From positions 335,146 to 367,145 of the forward strand of contig PBAU01000003.1 in the NCBI GenBank assembly GCA_002716355.1: 32,000 bases of DNA, read 5' to 3'. This DNA is from a bacterium. Its GTDB lineage: Bacteria > UBP7 > UBA6624. Below, one piece after another: positions 24,177 to 32,000 of the stretch. Each line of letters starts with the position of its first letter. Position 1 is the stretch's first letter. The translations under genes and the position numbers were made by a program. A model generated the notes under the pieces. It was not told where the DNA came from. It saw nothing but the letters and a program-made list of their open reading frames with translations, and searched no databases.

Positions 24177-25658
24177 ATGAACAATTTAAACCATCAAATC
24201 TCAAATCTTAATTTCTTGCTTCAATCAGGAGAAGGAGAAAGCAGCTTGGCTGAAAGGATTGATCAATCCTTCGGTGGGATTGTTGAAAAAATGGCTGAAT
24301 TTTTGTTTTATCCAATTGCAGATATACCTGTTATCGTTTGGGTTCTAATGCTAGGTGCAATATTTTTTACCATCTATCACAGCTTTATTAATTTTCGCGG
24401 TTTTAAACATTCTTTAGATGTTGTAAAAGGCAAATACGATGATCCTAATCATCCAGGTGAGATATCTCACTTTCAAGCTTTAACAAGCGCATTGTCTGCA
24501 ACAGTTGGCCTTGGTAACATAGCAGGTGTAGCAGTAGCTGTTGGTGTTGGAGGTCCTGGGGCAGTTTTTTGGATGATAATTTTAGGTCTATTTGGAATGA
24601 CAAGCAAGTTTCATGAATGTACGTTAGCGCAATTTTATAGAAAAGTAGACAAGGATGGGACAGTTCATGGCGGTCCGATGTACTATCTGTCTCTAGGGCT
24701 CAAGGAAAGAGGCTTGGGGGCATTAGGGAAAATACTTGCCATCGTGTTTGCAGTATTCTGCATAGGTGGATCATTTGGTGGTGGTAATATGTTTCAAGCA
24801 AATCAAACATTTGAAGCCATGAGTGGCGTAGTTCCATCTATTGCTGAATCACCATGGGGTTTTGGATTCTTTATGGCATTCTTGGTTGGACTAGTTATCA
24901 TTGGAGGTATAAAAAGAATTGGAAAAGTAACAGAAAAGATAATACCTTTCATGTGTGGCTTATATCTTTCAGCAGGATTGATAGTACTGTTCAAAAATGC
25001 CAATCAGGTTTTACCAGCATTAAATTTAATCTTCACTCAAGCTTTTAATCCTGATGCAGCTTATGGAGGATTGATTGGAGTTATGGTTCAAGGCATAAGG
25101 AGAGCCGTTTTCTCAAACGAAGCAGGTATAGGATCTGCAGCAATCGCTCATTCTGCAGCGAAAACTGATCAACCAGTAAGAGAAGGAATTGTTGGTATGA
25201 TTGGCCCATTTATTGACACAGTTGTCATATGTACAATGACAGCATTAATACTAATAGTAAGTGGTGTTTACAATGTTGAAGGCCTAGAGGGTGTATCTAT
25301 GACAAAAGCAGCATTTGAATCAACATTCTCTTGGTTCCCAGCAGTGCTTTCTGTATGTGTGTTCTTTTTTGCATACTCAACCATGATAAGCTGGAGCTAC
25401 TATGGAGAAAAAGCTTGGGCTTATCTGTTTGGCATGAGCTCACAAACCACATTAATTTACAGACTTATATTCCTTGCATTTGTTGTTCTTGGAACAGTAA
25501 TGAAATTAGGAAATGTTTTAGATTTTTCAGATTTGATGATACTCTCAATGGCTTTCCCAAACATAATTGGGGGCATATTATTAGCACCGAAAGTCAAAAC
25601 TGCACTATCTGAATATTGGTCAAAATTAATGGCTGGAAAATTTAAGGTATATAAATAA
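24177..25658 (+). CDS. agcS: alanine/glycine:sodium (cation) symporter, AGCS family
   Basis: Polytopic membrane protein with the FQALTSALSATVGLGNIAGVA motif typical of AGCS transporters. I prefer ATG 24177 (AAGGAG 6 nt upstream) over ATG 24171 (no spacer). Confidence 0.88.
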   Translation: MNNLNHQISNLNFLLQSGEGESSLAERIDQSFGGIVEKMAEFLFYPIADIPVIVWVLMLGAIFFTIYHSFINFRGFKHSLDVVKGKYDDPNHPGEISHFQALTSALSATVGLGNIAGVAVAVGVGGPGAVFWMIILGLFGMTSKFHECTLAQFYRKVDKDGTVHGGPMYYLSLGLKERGLGALGKILAIVFAVFCIGGSFGGGNMFQANQTFEAMSGVVPSIAESPWGFGFFMAFLVGLVIIGGIKRIGKVTEKIIPFMCGLYLSAGLIVLFKNANQVLPALNLIFTQAFNPDAAYGGLIGVMVQGIRRAVFSNEAGIGSAAIAHSAAKTDQPVREGIVGMIGPFIDTVVICTMTALILIVSGVYNVEGLEGVSMTKAAFESTFSWFPAVLSVCVFFFAYSTMISWSYYGEKAWAYLFGMSSQTTLIYRLIFLAFVVLGTVMKLGNVLDFSDLMILSMAFPNIIGGILLAPKVKTALSEYWSKLMAGKFKVYK

Positions 25659-28118
25659 TTGAGAAAAAAAGCCTTACTTGTAGATGGTTTAAACCTTCTA
25701 TTTAGGGCATTTTACAGTCTTCCCCCTGGTATGAAATCACCTTTGGGGAAGCCTACAAATGCTTTGTTTGGCTTTATAAGAACATTAGAGTCACTTAATA
25801 AAAAATACCAACCTGAAACGATAATCGTTGCTCTTGATTCAAAAATTCCAACCTGGAGAAAAGAGGAATATCCTGAATACAAAGCAGGCAGACAGGAAAC
25901 TCCTGAAATGCTACTGGAGCAAATAAATTATTTTGAAACATTTTTAAAAGAAATGGAAGTTGACTGTTTTGAATGTCCTGGCCATGAGGCGGATGATGTC
26001 CTGGCCTCACTTGCAAAAATATTATTAAAAAAAAATATTGATCCGATTATTGTGAGCAATGACAAAGATCTATTACAAACAATAGAGAAGGGAGTTTCGA
26101 TTTTGAAATCCGGAAGGTCTATATCACAAATAAAACTTGTAACAAAAAATTCATTTTTTGAAGAATACGGTTTTGATTCAAAAAAAATTCCAGACTTCAA
26201 AGGCTTGGTTGGAGATTCGTCCGACAACCTAAAAGGTGTTAGGGGAATTGGTGAAAAAACAGCAAAAAAACTACTCCAGAAATATGATGGCCTGAATGGA
26301 ATTTATCAGAACATAAATGAAATAACAGGCTCCCAAAAAAACAAACTTGAAATGGATAAGGAGTCAGCTTACTTTTGCAAAAAACTTGCTACCCTCGATT
26401 CGCAACTTGAAATAAAAATCAACAAAATAAGACCCTTTTGCCTCGGAGGAGAAGAGACCCAGAAAAAATTAAAAGAATTAGGAATGACATCATTTGTTAC
26501 AACTGAAAAAAAAACCATACAGATAAAAAAACTGAATCCTGAAGAAACGAAAATAGAACTAACAAAAAACAAACCTGTAAAAATAATTTCTTATAAAAAT
26601 TCATGGGTATGTAAAACTGGAAATTTAACTTTTATGCCGGAGGAAGAAAATGACCTTTTTTCTAAAAAAATAAATCTAAAAGATTATTTAAATAAGGATG
26701 TTGAAATTATCGGTTTTGACCTTGAAAGCAAGCATATAAATATCCTTCATTCAGAATTTACAAATATTTTGGATTTGAAATCTTATGCATTTTTGATCAA
26801 TTCAGAAAAGCCAACACTGGATGAACTTTGGAAGCGAACTTTTCGTGAGCAGATGCCAGAAGACCCTTCCCTTGTTCTGGAAAGAATAAAAGAACTTAAA
26901 GATAAACTTGAAACAAAAGTAAAAGAGATTAAAAAACATTACAAGCAAGTAGAAAAACCTTTTTTGATCGCTGTTGAAAGGATGAACAACACAGGTATAC
27001 CTATCAATTTAAAAGAAGTAAAAAAATTAGAAGAAAAATTTGAAAAGGAATGCATTGACATCGAAAACGAAATGGAAAAAATTTCAGGATATAAATTCAA
27101 CCCAAGAAGCCCAAAGCAAATTTCTGAATTACTTTTTGAAAAATTAAAACTGAAATCAAAATATGGTAAGACCACAAACAGAGAAGCTCTAGATCACCTT
27201 TTAGAAAGCCACCCCATAATTAAAAAGATTATCCTCTATAGAGAAAAACATAAATTGCTTTCATCATACATAAAGCCATTTATACAACACAGAAAAGAAG
27301 ATGGGAGAATATATCCAACTTTTGACCCTTACGGGACAAGAAGTGGACGACTTGCATCAAAAAATCCAAACTTTCAAGTTTTACCAATTAAAACAAAAGA
27401 GGGAAAAATGATTAGAAAATGCGTTCAAGCGCAGGAGGGGTTTTCAATAGTCTCTATTGACTATTCTCAAATTGATCTAAGAGTTCTTGCCCACTTATCA
27501 AAAGATAAAAAATTAATAAATATTTTCAAAAAAGACGAAGATGTCCACTCTCAAACAGCTTCGATCATGCTAAAGAAAAAAATTGATGAAATCACTGATG
27601 ATGATAGGAGGATTGCAAAAACCATCAATTTTGGAATCATTTACGGGATGGGGGCAGCATCACTTGCAAAACAACTAAACATAGATGTTAAAAAATCAAA
27701 AAATGAAATAAAAAAATATTTTGAAAAATTTCATGGTGTTGAAAAATGGATAAAAAAAACAAAAGATACAGCAAACAAAAATGGATACACTGAAACTCTG
27801 GATGGAAGACGAAGGTATATCGAGGGCCTTGGAAGTACCAGCAACTTCATAAAACAACAAGCTGAAAGACAAGCTGTAAACAATTGCGTACAGGGCGGTA
27901 GTGCTGATCTTATAAAAAGAGCTATGCTGAAGATAGACAAGGATTTATCAAATAAATTTGAATTAATCTTGCAGGTTCATGATGAACTTGTTTTTCATAT
28001 TGCCAATAAAATAATAACTGACTATGTTAGCAACGCAAAAAAAGCAATGGAAAAAGCCTTAGAATTAGATGTTCCTTTAAAGGTTGATATAAAAATTGGA
28101 AAAAAATATGAATTTTGA
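25659..28118 (+). CDS. polA: DNA polymerase I
   Basis: 5' nuclease domain has LLVDGLNLLFRAFY, GHEADD and GVRGIGEKTA. Polymerase motifs are A (DYSQIDLRVLAHLS), B (RRIAKTINFGIIYG) and C (QVHDELVF). TTG is the only possible start after the agcS stop. Confidence 0.95.
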   Translation: MRKKALLVDGLNLLFRAFYSLPPGMKSPLGKPTNALFGFIRTLESLNKKYQPETIIVALDSKIPTWRKEEYPEYKAGRQETPEMLLEQINYFETFLKEMEVDCFECPGHEADDVLASLAKILLKKNIDPIIVSNDKDLLQTIEKGVSILKSGRSISQIKLVTKNSFFEEYGFDSKKIPDFKGLVGDSSDNLKGVRGIGEKTAKKLLQKYDGLNGIYQNINEITGSQKNKLEMDKESAYFCKKLATLDSQLEIKINKIRPFCLGGEETQKKLKELGMTSFVTTEKKTIQIKKLNPEETKIELTKNKPVKIISYKNSWVCKTGNLTFMPEEENDLFSKKINLKDYLNKDVEIIGFDLESKHINILHSEFTNILDLKSYAFLINSEKPTLDELWKRTFREQMPEDPSLVLERIKELKDKLETKVKEIKKHYKQVEKPFLIAVERMNNTGIPINLKEVKKLEEKFEKECIDIENEMEKISGYKFNPRSPKQISELLFEKLKLKSKYGKTTNREALDHLLESHPIIKKIILYREKHKLLSSYIKPFIQHRKEDGRIYPTFDPYGTRSGRLASKNPNFQVLPIKTKEGKMIRKCVQAQEGFSIVSIDYSQIDLRVLAHLSKDKKLINIFKKDEDVHSQTASIMLKKKIDEITDDDRRIAKTINFGIIYGMGAASLAKQLNIDVKKSKNEIKKYFEKFHGVEKWIKKTKDTANKNGYTETLDGRRRYIEGLGSTSNFIKQQAERQAVNNCVQGGSADLIKRAMLKIDKDLSNKFELILQVHDELVFHIANKIITDYVSNAKKAMEKALELDVPLKVDIKIGKKYEF

Positions 28119-29247
28119 AAAAGACATAAAAGAAAAAATTAAATCTGATGATTCTTTGTTCGACTTTGAAACACCAGAGATTGGGAAAAAACTAAAAGGC
28201 AAAATTGTCCAAAAGGATGAAAATGGATTGATACTTTCAGTTGGTCTAAAAAATGACGCATGGCTTCCAGCTAATCAACTTGGCGAAAATTTGCAATCAG
28301 TCAAAACAGGTGAGGTTTTAGAGGTTGAAATAATAAAAATCAACAAAGATAAGATAATCGTTAGCAGAAAAAAAGTACTTGAGAAAAGATCAATAGAAAT
28401 GATAAAAGACTCATTTGAGAACAGAAGGGTTCTTTCTGGTGAAATAAAGCACGTAGTTACCAACAAAAACAAACAACAAGTTGGAATGATGGTTGATCTA
28501 AAAGGCAGATTTCTATTTATGCCAAGGTCACTTTATGAAAAAAATCCTCCTAGAAATCTTGATGTCTTAATAGGAAGGAATATTAAATTTTTAGTAAAAG
28601 AGCTAAAAGAAAATGATGCAATAGTTTCAAGAATAGACTATCTTGAAGAAAAAAGATCCAAAAATTTTCTTCAATTTGTGTCTCAGAATCCTATTGGCTC
28701 AACGATAACTACTAAAATTAAAAGATTCCTCGTACAGAAAAACAGACCTTTCGCAATGATCTTAAACTCTAACAATGGTGTAAATCTCTTCTTGCATAGA
28801 AGTGAAGCAACATGGGGGGAAGGCAATCTCAAAGATTCATTCAAAGAAGGTCAAGAGCTTGAAGTAAAGATAATAAAAGTAGATCAAGAAAAAATGCAAA
28901 TAGAGACGAGCTACAACATGACGAAAGAAAACCCTTGGCATAGTCCTGAGCTCGAAAAAGAAAACTGGCTAAATGCAACAATAGGAAACAAGACTAAAAC
29001 AGGTTTATTTGTAAGTTTGCAAAATGGAATCCAAGGTTTTGTTCATGAAACCGAAATGCCACAACAGTTCAGCAAAAAAAAGGGAGAGCGGACTAAAGCA
29101 AGAATTATCAGAATCGATAAAGATAACCAGAAACTTTCACTATCCCTCATTTCTAAAGAAGAATCCAGAAAACCAAGAGGCGAAACGTTTGGAGACAAAA
29201 TTGAAGGTGGTCAAACTTTATCTGACTTGCTAAAAGACTTTGAGTAA
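28108..29247 (+). CDS. S1 RNA-binding domain protein with about four S1 repeats (RpsA-like)
   Basis: Repeated G-x-V/I...G-hydrophobic-F/L-V...G-F-hydrophobic-H/P modules occur, e.g. GKKLKGKIVQKDENGLILSVG and LNATIGNKTKTGLFVSLQNGIQGFVHETEM. I prefer ATG 28108 over the track TTG 28096. Confidence 0.75.
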   Translation: MNFEKDIKEKIKSDDSLFDFETPEIGKKLKGKIVQKDENGLILSVGLKNDAWLPANQLGENLQSVKTGEVLEVEIIKINKDKIIVSRKKVLEKRSIEMIKDSFENRRVLSGEIKHVVTNKNKQQVGMMVDLKGRFLFMPRSLYEKNPPRNLDVLIGRNIKFLVKELKENDAIVSRIDYLEEKRSKNFLQFVSQNPIGSTITTKIKRFLVQKNRPFAMILNSNNGVNLFLHRSEATWGEGNLKDSFKEGQELEVKIIKVDQEKMQIETSYNMTKENPWHSPELEKENWLNATIGNKTKTGLFVSLQNGIQGFVHETEMPQQFSKKKGERTKARIIRIDKDNQKLSLSLISKEESRKPRGETFGDKIEGGQTLSDLLKDFE

Positions 29248-29830
29248 AAAAGTTGCTATTGGCCTAACTGGCTCATTTGGATCTGGAAAATCAACTGCTT
29301 TGAAGATTTTTAAAGAGCTTGGTTATGAAACCTATAGTGCTGATGAACAAGTTAACAAACTATACAAAAATAAAAAAATACAAAAAGAAATAAAAAAAAT
29401 AGCACCAAAAGCATTCTCAAAACAGGCAACAGGAAAATATCTTTTTGAAAAGCAAAAATTAAGAGAGATAGTTTTCTCTGATATGAATAAATTAAAAAAA
29501 ATAGAAGCATTGATCCATCCAATCATTAAAAAACAATGCATATCGCTAATTGAATCAGTTAGCAAAAAAATCGTTTTTGAAATTCCAATACTCATAAATT
29601 CAGGAATTGAAAAACATCTTACAACAATCATCACAATTGAATCAAAAAAAGAATTAAGACAAAAAAGAATCATTGAAAGGTACAAGCAAAAAATATCAAT
29701 AGAAGATTTTTTAAAAATTGACGAATCTCAATCAACACAAGCTGAAAGAGAATCTATATCAACCATCATTGTGAACAACAATGGCACAATTTCAGAATTT
29801 AAAAAAATAATTACCTCTCTTGCAAATTGA
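29240..29830 (+). CDS. coaE: dephospho-CoA kinase
   Basis: N-terminal IGLTGSFGSGKST P-loop, a length near 195 aa, and the common neighbourhood with polA. TTG is the only start candidate after the in-frame stop at 29231. Confidence 0.88.
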   Translation: MSKKVAIGLTGSFGSGKSTALKIFKELGYETYSADEQVNKLYKNKKIQKEIKKIAPKAFSKQATGKYLFEKQKLREIVFSDMNKLKKIEALIHPIIKKQCISLIESVSKKIVFEIPILINSGIEKHLTTIITIESKKELRQKRIIERYKQKISIEDFLKIDESQSTQAERESISTIIVNNNGTISEFKKIITSLAN

Positions 29831-31794
29831 ACTTTAATTTAAAAGCTGATTTTTCACCGGCTGGAGACCAGCCATTCGCAATTAAGGAAATTTGCCAATC
29901 TTTTTCCGAAGGGGCTTCCAGGCAAATATTAATGGGTGTAACCGGAAGCGGAAAAACTTACACGGTATCAAACATAATTAAAAACCTCAATCTACCTACT
30001 CTGGTTTTAACTCACAATAAAACCCTTGCGGCTCAACTTTATGAAGAATTTAAAAAATTTTTTCCAGAAAATGATGTTGGGTATTTTGTTTCATATTACG
30101 ACTATTACCAACCAGAAGCTTATATAGTCCATGAAAGTAAATACATAGAGAAGGATGCAAGGATCAATGCAGAAATAGAAAGACTGAGAAATCAAGCAGT
30201 AAAAAAACTAGTCACCTCATCACACCCGATTATCATTGGAACGGTTTCAAGCCTTTACGGAATAGGTGCACCAAAAGATTACATAGAGAATGTAATGAGT
30301 ATAAGGAAAGGTGACTCCATAGAACCAAAAAAAGTTGCAGAAAAATTACTTTCTATAGGTTACATATATGAAATGGGTGCAATTAGCAATGGGACATTCG
30401 AAAGACAAAACGACTCAATGAAAATTCAGACTGCAGATGATGAAAATTCCATATTGCTGGAATGGTTTGGAGATGAAATCGATTCAATAGCTAGTATAGA
30501 TTCGATTTCTAGAGAAAAAAATGCTGATCTTGAAAAAGTCTCAATATTTCCATCGACTTTACATGTTATGAGTGACAAAAACAGAAACAAGATCTTTGAA
30601 AATATCAAAAATGAACTAAATCATCGAATTAGCTTTTTTAATCGAGAAAACAAAATTCTAGAGTCTGAAAGACTTAAACAAAAAACACTCTATGATCTAG
30701 AACAGATTAAAACTTTTGGAACAGTAAAAGGTATTGAAAATTATTCAAGACATTTCCAACAGCGAAAAGAAGGGGATCCACCTACTTGCTTGATAGATTT
30801 TTTTCCAAAAAAATTCTTAACCATAATAGATGAAAGTCATGCCTCCATTCCACAATTTAAAGCAATGCCAAAAGGTGACCATTCCAGAAAAAAATCATTA
30901 ATAGAGCATGGCTTTCGTCTTCCTTCAGCATACGATAATCGACCATTAACCTTTGAAGAATTAAGAAAAAAAATTGATAAAACTCTTTTTGTATCTGCAA
31001 CTCCAGGTCTATGGGAAATGGAAAATTCCGAAAAAATAACGGAGCAAATAATCAGGCCAACATATCTGACTGATCCAAAGATAGAAATTCATCCAAGAAA
31101 AAAGCAAATAAATCACATTTTAAAAGAAGTAAAAAAAGCAAAAAGCAAAAATGATAGAATTTTAGTAATAGCATTAACACAAAAAATGTCAGAAGAGATT
31201 TCTCAATTCCTACAGGAAAAAGATATTAAATCTGGGTGGCTGCATGCGAAAATAAAGACTCTCGAAAGGATAAAGATAATACATGATTTAAGATCTGGAA
31301 AAATTGATTGTTTAGTTGGTGTTAATTTACTAAGGGAAGGCTTAGATCTTCCAGAAGTTTCAACCATAGCAATACTTGATGCAGATAAACAAGGATTTTT
31401 AAGAAGCACCAGATCGCTAATTCAGATAATGGGACGAGCGTCTAGGCATATCAATGGAAAAGTGCTGCTCTATGCAGATTCAATTAGCCCTTCAATGGAT
31501 GAAGCCATTAAAGAAACCTCAAGAAGAAGGCAAATTCAAAAAGAATATAATAAAAATCATGCTAAAAGCCCTAAAGGAATTAAAAAATCTATAAAAATGA
31601 GCAAACTGTTCTTGATTGGAGAAGAAGACTCATTAAGCTCTAAAGATTACAAGAAAGGTATCAAATTGATAAAAAAATTAGAGAACGAAATGCTCAACCA
31701 TGCAGACAATCTTGAATTCGAACTAGCTGCATCATTAAGAGACAGAATAGAGGCAATTTCAGAAGAAATAGAAACATGGGAAAAAAATGAATAA
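29827..31794 (+). CDS. uvrB: excinuclease ABC subunit B
   Basis: PAGDQP, GVTGSGKT, DESH, helicase motifs VGVNLLREGLDLPEVS and GRASR, and the C-terminal UVR motif ELAASLRDRIEA are present. TTG start overlaps the coaE stop (TTGA). Confidence 0.96.
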   Translation: MNFNLKADFSPAGDQPFAIKEICQSFSEGASRQILMGVTGSGKTYTVSNIIKNLNLPTLVLTHNKTLAAQLYEEFKKFFPENDVGYFVSYYDYYQPEAYIVHESKYIEKDARINAEIERLRNQAVKKLVTSSHPIIIGTVSSLYGIGAPKDYIENVMSIRKGDSIEPKKVAEKLLSIGYIYEMGAISNGTFERQNDSMKIQTADDENSILLEWFGDEIDSIASIDSISREKNADLEKVSIFPSTLHVMSDKNRNKIFENIKNELNHRISFFNRENKILESERLKQKTLYDLEQIKTFGTVKGIENYSRHFQQRKEGDPPTCLIDFFPKKFLTIIDESHASIPQFKAMPKGDHSRKKSLIEHGFRLPSAYDNRPLTFEELRKKIDKTLFVSATPGLWEMENSEKITEQIIRPTYLTDPKIEIHPRKKQINHILKEVKKAKSKNDRILVIALTQKMSEEISQFLQEKDIKSGWLHAKIKTLERIKIIHDLRSGKIDCLVGVNLLREGLDLPEVSTIAILDADKQGFLRSTRSLIQIMGRASRHINGKVLLYADSISPSMDEAIKETSRRRQIQKEYNKNHAKSPKGIKKSIKMSKLFLIGEEDSLSSKDYKKGIKLIKKLENEMLNHADNLEFELAASLRDRIEAISEEIETWEKNE

Positions 31795-32000
31795 AAATAT
31801 TATTTTTTTTATATTGCTAACTCTTGGATCATGCCAAGATTCAAATAATCAAAATAATTCTGAATACCACCTCTCTTTGATTAACCCAACTTGGGAAAGC
31901 CATATATCTGAAATATTTACGGAACACTGTGTTACATGTCATTCTGATGGAAATGTAGCTGACTTCTCACTTGAAACATACGATCAGGTAAAGGATAAAG
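31787..32000 (+). CDS. putative lipoprotein with c-type haem-binding motif (N-terminal part; continues past window end)
   Basis: My translation is MNKNIIFFILLTLGSCQDSNNQNNSEYHLSLINPTWESHISEIFTEHCVTCHSDGNVADFSLETYDQVKDK. It has a signal peptide with a lipobox-like LGSC, and CVTCH at 31928-31942. ATG overlaps the uvrB end by 8 nt. Confidence 0.6.
   Translation, partial: MNKNIIFFILLTLGSCQDSNNQNNSEYHLSLINPTWESHISEIFTEHCVTCHSDGNVADFSLETYDQVKDK

Noticed and set aside
28096-28107. TTG start for the S1-domain protein given by the track
   Set aside because: An in-frame ATG four codons downstream (28108) is a more conventional start. The difference is trivial.
1-32000. Short antisense ORFs of 60-117 aa listed in the track (e.g. 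1070-1255, 1739-1939, 6017-6217, 6615-6830, 7999-8280, 8712-8930, 10364-10546, 11725-12003, 14678-14866, 15034-15252, 15862-16077, 16796-17110, 17215-17397, 17420-17602, 19096-19281, 20431-20712, 22371-22589, 22932-23257, 23495-23686, 24803-25048, 25331-25612, 25795-26227, 26369-26572, 26939-27175, 27731-27940, 28275-28472, 29024-29233, 29332-29685, 30426-30608, 31203-31409)
   Set aside because: Each is nested in or antisense to a longer ORF with clear family motifs. None has motifs of its own.
1-32000. Mobile elements, CRISPR arrays, prophage, defence or toxin-antitoxin cassettes, and stop-codon reassignment
   Set aside because: I saw no transposase, integrase or recombinase-like ORF, no spaced direct-repeat array, and no long inverted repeats. 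Genes end in TAA, TAG and TGA at the expected positions relative to conserved C-termini, so the standard bacterial code fits.

Overview
This is an AT-rich (roughly one-third G+C by eye), very gene-dense bacterial chromosomal segment. I count about 35 genes, and most junctions overlap or are under 25 nt. I saw no rRNA, CRISPR array, transposase, integrase or long repeat. Minus strand, 1-11431: a complex I operon nuoA-B-C-D-H-I-J-K-L-M (nuoM truncated by the window edge) with no nuoE/F/G. Upstream of it, in transcription order, lie tRNA-fMet, a second CAU-anticodon tRNA, tilS and ftsH. Plus strand, 11489-16437: a translationally coupled c-di-GMP pair (GAF-GGDEF cyclase, then a tandem HD-GYP protein), an orphan 255-aa protein, rpiB, two small unassignable ORFs and rpsD. 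Minus strand, 16434-21965: mce, pccB, slt, an ispA-like prenyl synthase and a dapF homologue. Plus strand, 22009-32000: biotin carboxylase, a separate BCCP-like protein, agcS-like symporter, polA, a 4xS1-domain protein, coaE, uvrB and the start of a CxxCH lipoprotein. A minus-strand tRNA-Leu(CAA) sits between the BCCP gene and agcS. The window reads as core housekeeping DNA, not an accessory island, and I found no convincing self-contained new system. The points most worth a second look are: (1) the N-module-less complex I with extended NuoH, NuoI and NuoK; (2) the cyclase / intact-plus-degenerate HD-GYP / orphan protein operon; (3) a DapF homologue with the first catalytic Cys replaced by Ser; (4) the small Lys-rich ORF plus 39-aa membrane peptide upstream of rpsD. 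All functional calls come from my own recognition of motifs in the supplied translations. No database search was run.
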